Below, in pieces: positions 8,188 to 17,999 of a DNA stretch of 54,289 bases. Position 1 is the stretch's first letter. Every line of letters begins with the position of its first letter. This stretch comes from a virus. Taxonomy: Duplodnaviria; Caudoviricetes. The position numbers were made by a program, and so were the translations under genes. The notes under the pieces were generated by a model. The model was not told the origin of the DNA. It ran no database searches and saw nothing but the letters and a program-made list of their open reading frames with translations. The DNA lies in IMG/VR virus record IMGVR_UViG_3300038317_000129, positions 1-54,289 of that record; one strand, given 5' to 3'.

Positions 8188-9633
8188 TCAGACGGAGAAC
8201 GGATCAAGGCCTTTCCGGTAGTCGTCGACCAGTGTTTTCGCGAGGTCTATCTTTTCGCGCAGGGAACGGAGTATTTTCCTGTCCACGGTTCCTTCGCATA
8301 CGAGATAGATGTAGTGGCAGTTTTCCTTCTGCCCGACTCTGTGTATCCTTGCCTTTGCCTGGTCGAAATTGCTCATGCTGTAGTCAAGTGAATAAAAAAC
8401 CATCGTGCTTGCGGCTGTGAGCGTGATGCCGAGTCCGGCCGCGGCAATCTGTCCCACGAACACCCGGCAGCTGTCGTCATACTGGAAGCGCCGGATCTCG
8501 CTGTCCCGGTCAGTTACTCCGCCTCTTACGGCCGCGTACCTGATTTTCTTCTTTTCAAGAAGCTCCTGGATGTCGTCCAGTTCCGGCACGAACCGCGCCA
8601 TGACGACGAGCTTTCTGCCTTCGTCCATCGCCGAATCAATAATGTCGGACAGCGCGTCGAGCTTTGCTGTGCTGACGTGGTACTCGCCAGTGTCGTCATC
8701 CTTGATATGCCCGCCGGTCACCTGCGAAAGGCGCAGGAGCTTTGTCAGGACATTCATCGCGGTCACCTCGCCGTTTTTCAGCTCGGCAAACGAGTCCTTC
8801 TCAAGCTGCTGATAAATCTTCATGGCCTTCGGCTCGAGCGTCACCGTCCTGACCTCCTCCGTAATTTCCGGCAGATCCAGGCACTCGTCCTTCGTCACAC
8901 GGTACGCGACGCTGTGAAGTCTCTGAAGGAAATCATCCAGCATCCACTTGCGAAAGCGCGGGATATGGTTCCCGTAGCCCACCATGTCAAAATATTTGTT
9001 GCGGAAGGCGTAGAAGCTCGTGCCGAAAATGCTGCTGTTCAGGAAGCGGTACTCCGAGAAAACGTCAAGCTCCTTGTTCGTGATCAGCGTCCCTGTCAGG
9101 AGCAGCTTGTACCTTGCCTTGTCGCCGAGGGCGTGCATCGCCTTGCTCTGCTTGGAGCGGTTCTCCTTGATTTTGTGCGCCTCGTCCGCAATCACGAGAT
9201 CCGCGTTGAACCGGAGAAGGTCGTCCGCGAGTATTCTTGCCGACTCGTAGTTCACAACGGCGATCTGCAGGCCTTCGCCGGATATTTCCTTCAGCTGCCT
9301 GCGCTTCTTCTCGCTCGTTCCCGTGAGAACCGTCAGCGTGTACGGAAAGTCCGCGAACTGCTCAAACTCGCTCTGCCAAACGCCGAGAATCGAAAGCGGC
9401 GCGACAACAAGGACACGGCTTATCTTTCCCGTCTGGAACAGAACTCCCGTTATCCCTATGGCGGTCAGCGTTTTTCCGCAGCCCATTTCCATCAGGAGCG
9501 CGACGCCACGGCTCCTTGAAGCGGACGGGATAAGCCCAAACTTTCCGCATGCAAAGTCGAAAGCGGCCTGCTGATGGGCGTAGGGCTGAACCTTCACAGG
9601 CATCGGAAGGGAAGTGTTAGTCGGCTTCGGCAT
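8188..9633 (-). CDS. SNF2-family helicase (phage)
   Basis: MEMGCGKT, DEAH, LTGT, QAKARIHRVGQ. Confidence 0.9.
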   Translation of the reverse strand: MPKPTNTSLPMPVKVQPYAHQQAAFDFACGKFGLIPSASRSRGVALLMEMGCGKTLTAIGITGVLFQTGKISRVLVVAPLSILGVWQSEFEQFADFPYTLTVLTGTSEKKRRQLKEISGEGLQIAVVNYESARILADDLLRFNADLVIADEAHKIKENRSKQSKAMHALGDKARYKLLLTGTLITNKELDVFSEYRFLNSSIFGTSFYAFRNKYFDMVGYGNHIPRFRKWMLDDFLQRLHSVAYRVTKDECLDLPEITEEVRTVTLEPKAMKIYQQLEKDSFAELKNGEVTAMNVLTKLLRLSQVTGGHIKDDDTGEYHVSTAKLDALSDIIDSAMDEGRKLVVMARFVPELDDIQELLEKKKIRYAAVRGGVTDRDSEIRRFQYDDSCRVFVGQIAAAGLGITLTAASTMVFYSLDYSMSNFDQAKARIHRVGQKENCHYIYLVCEGTVDRKILRSLREKIDLAKTLVDDYRKGLDPFSV

Positions 9634-9838
9634 GATCCGCACCTCCGCCCCGGATTTCCCTTATCTCGACGCCTTCCACGCTTTTTCCCGGTGTCAGCAC
9701 CAGAACCTCCGAGAAGTCGCCGAAGAGGATTTTCAGCAGCCTGCTCGGGAGAATCATCGTCGTGCCTGTGACCACGCGCTCTTTGTTCCCGCTGCGGTCA
9801 GCTATATTGATCCGCACTTTGTGTTTCAGATTTTTCAT
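9617..9838 (-). CDS. Small phage hypothetical protein
   Basis: GGAGG RBS; MKNLKHKVRINI; overlaps the SNF2 start. Confidence 0.65.
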   Translation of the reverse strand: MKNLKHKVRINIADRSGNKERVVTGTTMILPSRLLKILFGDFSEVLVLTPGKSVEGVEIREIRGGGADHAEAD

Positions 9839-9890
9839 GTAAGTCCTCCAGTCTCTGAATGTGTTCAGCAATTGAGGAATTCCGTCTTCC

Positions 9891-9920
9891 TCTACTGCCT
9901 ACCGAGAAAATCAACCCCCT
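9891..9920 (-). promoter_or_regulatory. Element A-specific promoter repeat, copy 1
   Basis: Minus strand AGGGGGTTGATTTTCTCGGTAGGCAGTAGA, immediately after the sigma-like gene. Confidence 0.55.
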
Positions 9921-9971
9921 GTGCGGGGACTGCCGGGGAGGACTCCGGCAGCCGGACCGGCGCGTCACGCG

Positions 9972-10595
9972 TCAGTCCTTCTTATCCGTCTTGCGGCGCT
10001 TCACGGGTTCTACGCCGAACGCCTTCTTCGCCGCCTTGCGGATCAGCTTGTTTTTGCGGTTGTTCATTGCCTGCGGAGTAACAGGCTTGCCGGTGCGTTC
10101 CGCTTCTTCCTGGCGGATCTGCTCCATCTGCTTGCACTCGCCGAAATGGGAGAAGAACAGATCCTGCTGTTCCGGCGTGAAGTCTTTCTCCACGACCTCG
10201 CGGATTTTGGCGGCGTCCGGGTTTTCCGGTGTTTCCCGCCTCTCGCAGTCGCCGGTCAGATCGGCATTGCGGTCCTCGATCTGGTTCCACGGATCTCCTT
10301 CGTCACCGTCTTCCGGATCAGATTCATACGCTTTCCGTCTTTTCTCGAATCCGGGATCACGGAGTTCCTCTTCGTAGCGGTCGTTCAGATCGCCGTCATG
10401 ATCCATCTGGTCGAGGAGAAGAATGATGTCCTGCGTCAGCCCGCCCTCGCCGGCTGTCAGGGTAATGGTGTCATAGCAGTGTTTTTCTTCATTCCAGCGG
10501 GCGTAGGTATAGCTCATGCAGTCGTCGCTGGCATGGTGTTCGCGGTCAGGGTTGTAACCGCTTGTGCGTTTCTTTGATTCGTCGTGCCTTGTCAT
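9972..10595 (-). CDS. Sigma-70 region 4-like phage early regulator
   Basis: C-terminal FTPEQQDLF...MEQI...VTPQAMNNRKNK helix-turn-helix pattern; first gene of the early operon; AAAGGAG RBS. Confidence 0.55.
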   Translation of the reverse strand: MTRHDESKKRTSGYNPDREHHASDDCMSYTYARWNEEKHCYDTITLTAGEGGLTQDIILLLDQMDHDGDLNDRYEEELRDPGFEKRRKAYESDPEDGDEGDPWNQIEDRNADLTGDCERRETPENPDAAKIREVVEKDFTPEQQDLFFSHFGECKQMEQIRQEEAERTGKPVTPQAMNNRKNKLIRKAAKKAFGVEPVKRRKTDKKD

Positions 10596-10727
10596 AAAAA
10601 AGCTCCTTTCAGATTCGGTAGAATCCGCAGGAGCCTTTTTCATCCGTAGAGACAAAAAACGGCTTGGATATAGTTCACCCATAGGGGTTTTGAACTAAAT
10701 CCAGGCCGTCAAACAGCTCTGCGGATT
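10596..10727 (-). promoter_or_regulatory. Structured 5' leader with RBS-sequestering hairpin and alternative pairing
   Basis: Hairpin 10596-10640 covers AAAGGAG; long hairpin about 10658-10709; 10719-10727 is complementary to 10622-10630. Confidence 0.55.
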
Positions 10728-10753
10728 TCTATGTTTAATTGTGAGTTGTGGTG

Positions 10754-10963
10754 TTAAGCCACTGTTTTCCTGCTTTTAACGCTAAAGTCGTTTGCGGTAA
10801 CTCTGGTAATTACCGTTACTATGCCTTGACGTTCAACAGTAAATGTTTCGCCGATTGCAAGGATCGTACTGGTTTTATGTCCTTTATAAAGACATTCAAT
10901 AAGCCCTGTTTCACGGCATGCCATACAGGCTAATCGTCCAAGACAATCATGGATCGGTATCAA
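10754..10963 (-). CDS. Small hypothetical protein
   Basis: AGGAGG RBS upstream; 69-aa ORF between ImmA and the sigma-like gene. Confidence 0.55.
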   Translation of the reverse strand: MIPIHDCLGRLACMACRETGLIECLYKGHKTSTILAIGETFTVERQGIVTVITRVTANDFSVKSRKTVA

Positions 10964-11019
10964 TCATGGACCACCTCCTTCTTAATACAGTACATAATCA
11001 TTATTCCCTGTTTAGCGTG

Positions 11020-11035
11020 TACGCTTATCTGCGTA
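11020..11035. promoter_or_regulatory. Palindromic operator TACGC-N6-GCGTA (early genes)
   Basis: TACGCTTATCTGCGTA; same motif at 12142, 18998 and 19075. Confidence 0.65.
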
Positions 11036-11081
11036 ATATCAGGCAAAAAAATAGGCTTCTGTTGCATTACTGCAGCAGAAG

Positions 11082-11747
11082 TCAAAGTAAGCTGCACTCT
11101 TTCAAACGTATTTCTACCGATTTTTTTGACACTTCAAAATAACCCGCCAAAGCACCAATGGCGCTTCTGTTGTCCTTGTCATACGCAACTCCAAGTCTCT
11201 CAGCTGCTTCCGTAAACGTGCTCTTTGGCATTAAAATCCTGGGAGCAATACCAATTGCTTGTGCTTCCATGATATTTTCGTCGTCCGTCGCTTCTGGCAA
11301 CTGCGAAACGTTGCATTTACAATATTTCGCATATCTGGGCAATACAAGATTCTGATACTTGTAGTAGTAGCGATGCTTATACCAGTGGACGCATTCATGT
11401 GCAAGTGTGTTGTTTCGGCAACCTGTGTTTGTTCTCTTTACTGCCTCAGGATCAACCAGAACAGTTCTTGCCTTAAACTCTCGTGTGTCATATAAACCTT
11501 CGTCTGGATCATACACCTCTACAAGGCCATCGGTAAAAATCGTCATGCCGTATATATCGAGCTCTTCAGTAAGACATATGTATTGTACATCAAGCCCCAG
11601 CCCATCCTTAGCAATTTGTTCAATTGGGACAGGCATGGGGTCTTTCAATGCTTTCGGATAATATTGCTCCAAGAACTCATTTGCTACTTCGTCATATTTG
11701 GATGGTGGTATAAACGGCACGAGTTTACGACTGTTGTAATCCATCAT
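11082..11747 (-). CDS. ImmA/IrrE-family Zn metallopeptidase
   Basis: NTLAHECVHW (HExxH), E.QA...ILMP, C-terminal FEVSKKSVEIRL. Confidence 0.9.
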   Translation of the reverse strand: MMDYNSRKLVPFIPPSKYDEVANEFLEQYYPKALKDPMPVPIEQIAKDGLGLDVQYICLTEELDIYGMTIFTDGLVEVYDPDEGLYDTREFKARTVLVDPEAVKRTNTGCRNNTLAHECVHWYKHRYYYKYQNLVLPRYAKYCKCNVSQLPEATDDENIMEAQAIGIAPRILMPKSTFTEAAERLGVAYDKDNRSAIGALAGYFEVSKKSVEIRLKECSLL

Positions 11748-12121
11748 TGTTCTCCATTCCGTTTGTCAATAATCTGGTTCACCTCCTGCCAGAAGTCGTC
11801 TCCGAGCCCCTGACTTTTTGCCCTTCGTAGTGCGACCCGCGCGTTTGGCAATGATTCGTCCATGATATAATCTGGCAGGTCTGGAGACACTTGTTTCCTT
11901 TCTCTCCCAGCAAGGTCGAGCATTTCTTCCCGTTCCTGTTCGTTCAGGTTCAAGGCTTGTGCAAGTTTTTCAAGGCCATCAATATCAGGCGGGTTCCTTC
12001 TTCCTTTAATGATATCAGACAGATATGTTACGGAAACACCGAGCTTTTCAGCTATCGGTCTTAGTTTGATATCCTTCTCTAATCGTTTACGTGCAATAAA
12101 TGCACCAAATTCGCCAGCCAT
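11744..12121 (-). CDS. XRE-family HTH repressor (ImmR-like)
   Basis: LRPIAEKLGVSVTYLSDIIKGRRNPP; ATGA overlap with ImmA. Confidence 0.9.
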   Translation of the reverse strand: MAGEFGAFIARKRLEKDIKLRPIAEKLGVSVTYLSDIIKGRRNPPDIDGLEKLAQALNLNEQEREEMLDLAGRERKQVSPDLPDYIMDESLPNARVALRRAKSQGLGDDFWQEVNQIIDKRNGEQ

Positions 12122-12140
12122 TTTAGTCCTCCTTTCGCTA

Positions 12141-12191
12141 TTACGCTTTTACGCGTAACTGTATTGTATCCTATCCTGCCGTAAATGTCAA
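12141..12191 (-). promoter_or_regulatory. SigA promoter of xre-immA with operator at the start site
   Basis: TTGACA (12186-12191), 17 bp, TACAAT (12163-12168); TTACGCTTTTACGCGTAA at 12141-12158. Confidence 0.75.
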
Positions 12192-12260
12192 GCCCTGTAC
12201 AGCCCTCTTCTTTGTTAATTATTCTAACTTGATTTTGAACATTATTTTTGATTTAGAGCA

Positions 12261-12289
12261 TTGATAAATCAATCGTGATGTGCTATAAT
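12261..12289 (+). promoter_or_regulatory. SigA promoter of the C5 methyltransferase
   Basis: TTGATA, 17 bp, TATAAT with extended TG. Confidence 0.7.
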
Positions 12290-12319
12290 TAGAACAAGTT
12301 AAAGGAAGGAGAACTGACC

Positions 12320-13774
12320 ATGCCGCAGCACGGAGGAAGACGAGAAGGGTCAGGTAGGACACCCCTGCCTGAGAATGAAAAGAAAATACCAAAAACTATA
12401 TACATTACGCCCACCCTTCAGACTGACATTGACAAATTTGCAGCTGGAAACAGCTTTTCTGAAAAGTGCATCGATCTCATCAGCGCGCAGATTTCCCGCA
12501 GAAAACGCACGCAGGATAAAACCGTCAAATTCATCGACCTTTTCGCGGGACTTGGCGGGATACGCCTTGGTTTTGAAAACGCATTTAAGGAAAAAGGCTT
12601 CGAACCCGTTTGCGTTTTTAGCAGCGAAATCAAGGATTATGCTGTAAAGGCATATAAAAACTATTTTGACGATGAAGAAGTCGCGGGTGACATTACTAAA
12701 ATCCCTGCAACCGACATTGAGGATTTTGATTTCCTGCTTGGTGGATTTCCGTGCCAGCCATTCTCGGCAGCTGGGTTAGGTCTCGGATTTGAGGATACTC
12801 GCGGCACGCTCTTTTTTGAAATTGAACGGATACTTAGGGAAAAGCAGCCTTATGGGTTTCTGTTAGAAAATGTTGAGGGACTTATAAACCATGACGATGG
12901 ACGAACCCTTTCCATTATTATCGACCACTTGAAAAAGCTGAACTATTATGTTTCTTACAGACTGATTGACAGCCAGTATTTTGGCTTGGCTCAGTCTCGA
13001 AAACGCGTATATATCGTAGGAACGAAGGATGCCCATATATCCTTAGATAACTTTGAAGAGCATACAGCGGTATTCGGCGACATCATGGAGCATGGTCTTC
13101 CTACCGTGGATTCGGAATTCACTCGAAAGCTGTTTTCGCATTTCACCCCAGCACAAGTGGTAGGGAAAGCGATTAAAGATAAACGCGGAGGAGCCGACAA
13201 TATCCACAGCTGGGAAATTGGTTTAAAAGGAGACACTACAGAAGAGCAGTCCAATTTCCTGAACCTCCTTCTTCTTGAACGCAGGAAGAAAAAGTGGGCA
13301 GCGGAAATCGGGATAGACTGGATGGATGGCATGCCGCTGACTGAGCAGCAAATATCGACCTTCTTCCAGCATGATGATTTAAAAGGCTTTCTCGACAACC
13401 TTGTAAATATGGGATATCTTACACTGGAATATCCGCGTAAGAGATATAAAGGCAGACGTGTACCGGATGAAACCAAGCCGAAGGGATACAACATTGTAGC
13501 AGGCAAATTGTCTTTTGAATTCACAAAAATACTTGACCCTGCTGAACTTGCGCCAACGCTCGTAGCGATGGATGTTTCCCATCTCGGCGTTGTTGACGGG
13601 AACGGTCTCCGTAGACTCTCAATCAGGGAAGGACAGCGGTTATGCGGGTTTCCGGAAGATTATGACTTATCCTTCTTAAAAGAAAGTGAGGCGTTTGACC
13701 TCCTTGGGAACACAGTCTGCATACCGGTTATCCAGGCAATTTCAGAACGGCTGGCGGACATGTACAGTAATTAG
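12320..13774 (+). CDS. DNA (cytosine-5) methyltransferase, M.NlaIV/M.NgoBV-like, with N-terminal DNA-binding extension
   Basis: DLFAGLGG, GFPCQ, ENV, QSRKR, LGNTV; TRD KDKRGG..NIHSW.I.LKG and EIGIDWMDGMPLT recalled from M.NlaIV (GGNNCC). Confidence 0.9.
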   Translation: MPQHGGRREGSGRTPLPENEKKIPKTIYITPTLQTDIDKFAAGNSFSEKCIDLISAQISRRKRTQDKTVKFIDLFAGLGGIRLGFENAFKEKGFEPVCVFSSEIKDYAVKAYKNYFDDEEVAGDITKIPATDIEDFDFLLGGFPCQPFSAAGLGLGFEDTRGTLFFEIERILREKQPYGFLLENVEGLINHDDGRTLSIIIDHLKKLNYYVSYRLIDSQYFGLAQSRKRVYIVGTKDAHISLDNFEEHTAVFGDIMEHGLPTVDSEFTRKLFSHFTPAQVVGKAIKDKRGGADNIHSWEIGLKGDTTEEQSNFLNLLLLERRKKKWAAEIGIDWMDGMPLTEQQISTFFQHDDLKGFLDNLVNMGYLTLEYPRKRYKGRRVPDETKPKGYNIVAGKLSFEFTKILDPAELAPTLVAMDVSHLGVVDGNGLRRLSIREGQRLCGFPEDYDLSFLKESEAFDLLGNTVCIPVIQAISERLADMYSN

Positions 13775-13781
13775 CTATCAC

Positions 13782-13811
13782 AGAGGCGGTTGCTCCTTTT
13801 GCACCGCCTCT
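13782..13811. terminator. Hairpin between convergent MTase and DUF3883 genes
   Basis: AGAGGCGGTTGC-TCCTTTT-GCACCGCCTCT followed by a T-rich tract. Confidence 0.6.
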
Positions 13812-14745
13812 ATATTTTTTGTACCCTGTATGAAGATGCGTTGACCATCCATTCTTCACCATCAAACACAACGGTGTAAGGGTCACGTATGAAAACCGGC
13901 TGATAGCCCGGTTCCTTCATCCTCGCATAATCGACAAGGCACAATACGTATTTGTTTGCCTTAATTTTGGCCACATCTGTTTCGTTCTCTGACCAGAAAA
14001 AGTGTGGGGAGCCAATGTAGCATTTCACTTCGATAAAACGGTCATAATGCGTTGATCCATTTGCTTCGTATGAAACAATATCATACCCGGCAGCTGTATC
14101 AAAATCAGAGATCCTCTTGATTTTCCCAGCCATCCCAGGAAGCCGGCTTTTTTCAAGACTAAGGACAAACTCCTCTGCCTCGAGTCCGCGACGGCTCTGT
14201 TCCTCCTGCTGCTTTAACAATTGTTCAAGCGTTATTTTCTTTTTACGACTACTTAATTGTTCCGCCCAGTCCGTTTCATAATCACCGGAAACGCTTATTT
14301 CTCCGTTTTCCTCTTTGTCCAGAGCACCGACCATTGTTAGGAAGTTCCGAATAGCCGCATAAGCTAATGGGAAAGCAGAGCGTTTGATGGTGAGATGACC
14401 TTTTTCGGCGTCAAATCCTGTAGCACCTGCATCAAATATCCCATCTTCAACGAGACGGTCTATACTTAGAGCCGCAAGATCTCCAATCGCCTCATCGCCG
14501 CTTTTGGCGGCAATCCCATTAAACTTGGCAGAAGGGAACACCATATCTGGCGTTGTTGACACTAATCCCAGGTATTCAAAAAAAGCCACAGCGCCCGGAC
14601 AGTTGACCACAATATTATTTTCCAAAGCGCATCTATTCCTGATCTCGTTCTTGCTAATTTTTTCTTTATCTGCCATTATCGAAATGAGGAACAGAACGCC
14701 ATTAACATTGCCTATGGAATTACATCTTTTTAGTTCTGTTAACAT
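13810..14745 (-). CDS. DUF3883 (NOV C-terminal) PD-(D/E)xK nuclease domain protein
   Basis: G..AEEFV...E, GYDI, RFIEVK, FFWSENE. Confidence 0.8.
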   Translation of the reverse strand: MLTELKRCNSIGNVNGVLFLISIMADKEKISKNEIRNRCALENNIVVNCPGAVAFFEYLGLVSTTPDMVFPSAKFNGIAAKSGDEAIGDLAALSIDRLVEDGIFDAGATGFDAEKGHLTIKRSAFPLAYAAIRNFLTMVGALDKEENGEISVSGDYETDWAEQLSSRKKKITLEQLLKQQEEQSRRGLEAEEFVLSLEKSRLPGMAGKIKRISDFDTAAGYDIVSYEANGSTHYDRFIEVKCYIGSPHFFWSENETDVAKIKANKYVLCLVDYARMKEPGYQPVFIRDPYTVVFDGEEWMVNASSYRVQKI

Positions 14746-16681
14746 ATTCCGCAATCAAGGCCTTGATATCGTCATCACCAGTCTCCAGCCCTGCATTTTC
14801 AAACAGCGGGATAGGCATGCTTTCGATAATTTCCCTGAGCCTTGTCTCCTTTTCGATTAGCCTGTTGTGGATAACTTCATCAATGGAATCCTCTGACAGG
14901 AGGTAATAATAATTTGTTTCTGTTCCCGGCTTTAGTCCGTATCTGTGGATGCGGTCCTTTGACTGAATGAAGTGCGCTGCGTTAAAGCTCCTTTCCATGT
15001 AGATGGCGTTATGGCAAGCCTTGTGCAGGGATATAGATTCCGAGACGGCAAATGGGTTCGCAATAATCACCTTGAAAGGGGAATCCGGCTTATGGAAATC
15101 AGCTATGATTTTTTCCCTTGTCTCAACTTCATCCTCGTCCTCATCACCTGTAGACACAGGCGTCGCCCCATATAATGTTTTACAGAGAATACCGTTTGAC
15201 AGGAGGTATTTTTCAAAGTCGAGTATATTCTGGATATAAATAGCCCAGACAACGACCTTCCCTCCCTCAGAAATAATCTCTTCAATTAGTTCACGTGCTT
15301 TTATAAACTTTGCCGGCGTTTCCAACGTGGCATATTGGAGGACATCAGCCACAAGGGAGGTATCTTCAGATACAGCCCCCGAATCAAAGCCCTCAAGGGA
15401 TGCGAAATTCTTTAGCGGAACACGGAGAAGGCTTGGATTCGTGGCCGCCTGCATCATGCGAAGCAGACGAGCCTTTACCAGATCCTGCCTGAACAAGTTG
15501 TCCTTGGTCGAAACGATATCGTCCATGTACTTTTTTTCTATCACATCGTATATTCTACGTTGCGCCTCGCCCATCGGAACAATAATGGGCTCATGCTCCG
15601 TAGCCGGAGGTATTCCCAAGTCGCTTTTTTTTACGCGGATAAAGAACGGCTCGATTGCCTGCAGTAATGTATTCACCCTTGGGTCATTATCCGACTTGCT
15701 CATATCCTTCAGTTGGTACACTTCAAACGGTATTATCTTCTTTGTCGGCCAGATGAACTTATAAAGGTTATAAAGATCCTCGTACCCATTCGGTGCCGGC
15801 GTACCAGTCAGGACGACCCTGGCAGAACAATATGAGGCAATGTCCAAAACACCGGCAGCGGTTACTCCACCGCTGGTATTCTTGATTTTATGGGCCTCGT
15901 CCAATACGACCATTACTTTATTATTCCGCAGAAAATAAACCAGCTCGTCTTTTAACGATGGGACAGAAGCATAGGACAGTAATGTGATCTTCGCTGGGAC
16001 TGGAGAATAAAGATACTGCTTTTTTTCTTCAATGGAAACCTTTCCGTTCAGCCTTTTTGTGGATGGTTCCTCCCCAAAGCATTCCTTGTATTCGAGTTCC
16101 CACGGACCAAATGCGCTGAGCGGCGAGATGATTAGCAACCGGTCAACGTATTTTTTGTCGTTCTCCGGAAGGTGTGACAGATAAGCGAATGCACCATAAA
16201 CAACGCTTGTCTTTCCAGCTCCGGGCACGGAAAAGTTACACGCGTTTTGTGAAAAAGCAAGATGATAAGCAGAAAGAAGCTGCAGTTCGTATAGACTCCT
16301 GTTAGGCAGATTTGTACTGACCGAATCAACGAATTGCTTAAAATCATCCTTGTTGCACTTGTTATCTCTGATCAGTCGTGCCTGTTCCGCAAATTCCCTG
16401 AATTTTTCCTCTTCGAGGGCATAGCTATTGACCGCCTCTGAAACCTCACCGGAATATAAAAGGTCTGCGTTTATATATCTGCACAACTTCTTGACTCGGT
16501 CGATACTTTTGTTGATCCCGTCACCAGCCTCAATAACAAGACCACCGTTTGTCTCTGTATACTTAAGGGTATCTTTCAAGTAGCGTAATGCACGTCTGTT
16601 ATTGAATATTGCCCCTATATCGCCGGTGATAATCAGAGAACTGTCGTCATTTCCATTTGATCCAATACACAGTTTCTTCAT
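14720..16681 (-). CDS. SNF2-family ATPase/helicase
   Basis: SVPGAGKT, LDEAH, LTGTP, QSKDRIHRYG. Confidence 0.9.
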   Translation of the reverse strand: MKKLCIGSNGNDDSSLIITGDIGAIFNNRRALRYLKDTLKYTETNGGLVIEAGDGINKSIDRVKKLCRYINADLLYSGEVSEAVNSYALEEEKFREFAEQARLIRDNKCNKDDFKQFVDSVSTNLPNRSLYELQLLSAYHLAFSQNACNFSVPGAGKTSVVYGAFAYLSHLPENDKKYVDRLLIISPLSAFGPWELEYKECFGEEPSTKRLNGKVSIEEKKQYLYSPVPAKITLLSYASVPSLKDELVYFLRNNKVMVVLDEAHKIKNTSGGVTAAGVLDIASYCSARVVLTGTPAPNGYEDLYNLYKFIWPTKKIIPFEVYQLKDMSKSDNDPRVNTLLQAIEPFFIRVKKSDLGIPPATEHEPIIVPMGEAQRRIYDVIEKKYMDDIVSTKDNLFRQDLVKARLLRMMQAATNPSLLRVPLKNFASLEGFDSGAVSEDTSLVADVLQYATLETPAKFIKARELIEEIISEGGKVVVWAIYIQNILDFEKYLLSNGILCKTLYGATPVSTGDEDEDEVETREKIIADFHKPDSPFKVIIANPFAVSESISLHKACHNAIYMERSFNAAHFIQSKDRIHRYGLKPGTETNYYYLLSEDSIDEVIHNRLIEKETRLREIIESMPIPLFENAGLETGDDDIKALIAEYVNRTKKM

Positions 16682-16695
16682 TCACTCAACATCCT

Positions 16696-17982
16696 TTACA
16701 GTCCGAGTATATCCTTGAACTTCGATACATATTCATCTAACGAAGATACACACGCACGCACCTTACTGTCGCTCATAAAACTCGCCTGGTCAACGTCTAC
16801 GACCGAAAGTGCCTGACACGCTTTCATAAGCTGCTGCAGAGGCTTGGCGGCGTTCGCGTGGTTATTTAGGATATCTATGCTCTGGACATAATTATCATCA
16901 AAAGAGTCCTCTACCTTCCGCTTCCACTGCTGGTCACGGGCCTTTAAAGCCCGACTCAGATCCGGTGGGTTCTTCGCCATTATATCTTCGACAGACTCTT
17001 CCTGGACGGAATCCGTAGCTGCGAAATGCCTATCACGGAACTGCTCCCATACTTCTTTCTTTGCAAAGAAGCTGGCGGCAGGGTTCTTGGCGGAAGGTGC
17101 TGAAATAATGTCTCGGAACTTTGTCTGTTCGAAATTGGCACGTATGTAATCAAACGCAATCAATTTCAAGTCAGAAACATCAGCTTCTGGATCGTAATCC
17201 CACATTGAAGCCACTCCGGCTTTATATTTTTTCAGCGCCGAATCGAGCTTTAGGAAGGAGTCCTCACTCTTCCCCAACTGAGTATACATACCCGAATATC
17301 CATATTCGTCCAGATACTCATCCATCAATTGGAGCGCAGACAGCATCGTGCGTACTTCTCCGGCTTTGCAATCCATCATCCCCGCAATATCATCGTCAGT
17401 AAAACCGGCGTCTTTCAGGTCCTTGCATTTCAGGTACTTCTCAATCGGGTTATAATCAACCTTGGCGTCCTCACCCATCTGGTAAGTGGTTTCCAGCGCA
17501 AGAATCTCTTTCTTGTCTGCACCTTCCGGGAGGATAATGGCAATAAAATATTGACAGTGGGTCTTCTCGTTGAATGGGATACTGTCGTCCGCCATTATAT
17601 TATTCAGCAAACTTGCACGGCGGTTACCATCAATAATCATACCATCGGCGGTCACGATACCGTGCCTTTGCTGATGCTCTTTCAGAAGACGTTCTTTGGT
17701 TTTCTTGTTCGCATCCGGCTTGGAGTCCCACAGGAATTTCTCTATAATTTTCTTATCCCCGGGGTCTTCGGGATCCAATTGGTGGTTCTGCCGTTCATAC
17801 GACTTGACAACGCTCCCGATCCTTCCGTTATATGGATTATAGACAAGATACTCCAGAGGAATTTCGTATGCGTCCAAGGTAATGATGCTGCCGTGATAGG
17901 TAATAGGAATACCGGTCCGGCACGCTTTCTCTGGGTGGTCGGTAAATTCTTTCAGTTTTGCTTTTCTCTCAGTAGCGTTCAT
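16696..17982 (-). CDS. ParB/Srx N-terminal domain protein
   Basis: YNPYNGRI and GIVTADGMIIDGNRR motifs; helical C-terminal region. Confidence 0.75.
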   Translation of the reverse strand: MNATERKAKLKEFTDHPEKACRTGIPITYHGSIITLDAYEIPLEYLVYNPYNGRIGSVVKSYERQNHQLDPEDPGDKKIIEKFLWDSKPDANKKTKERLLKEHQQRHGIVTADGMIIDGNRRASLLNNIMADDSIPFNEKTHCQYFIAIILPEGADKKEILALETTYQMGEDAKVDYNPIEKYLKCKDLKDAGFTDDDIAGMMDCKAGEVRTMLSALQLMDEYLDEYGYSGMYTQLGKSEDSFLKLDSALKKYKAGVASMWDYDPEADVSDLKLIAFDYIRANFEQTKFRDIISAPSAKNPAASFFAKKEVWEQFRDRHFAATDSVQEESVEDIMAKNPPDLSRALKARDQQWKRKVEDSFDDNYVQSIDILNNHANAAKPLQQLMKACQALSVVDVDQASFMSDSKVRACVSSLDEYVSKFKDILGL

Positions 17983-17999
17983 CTTTAATTCCTCCGCAG

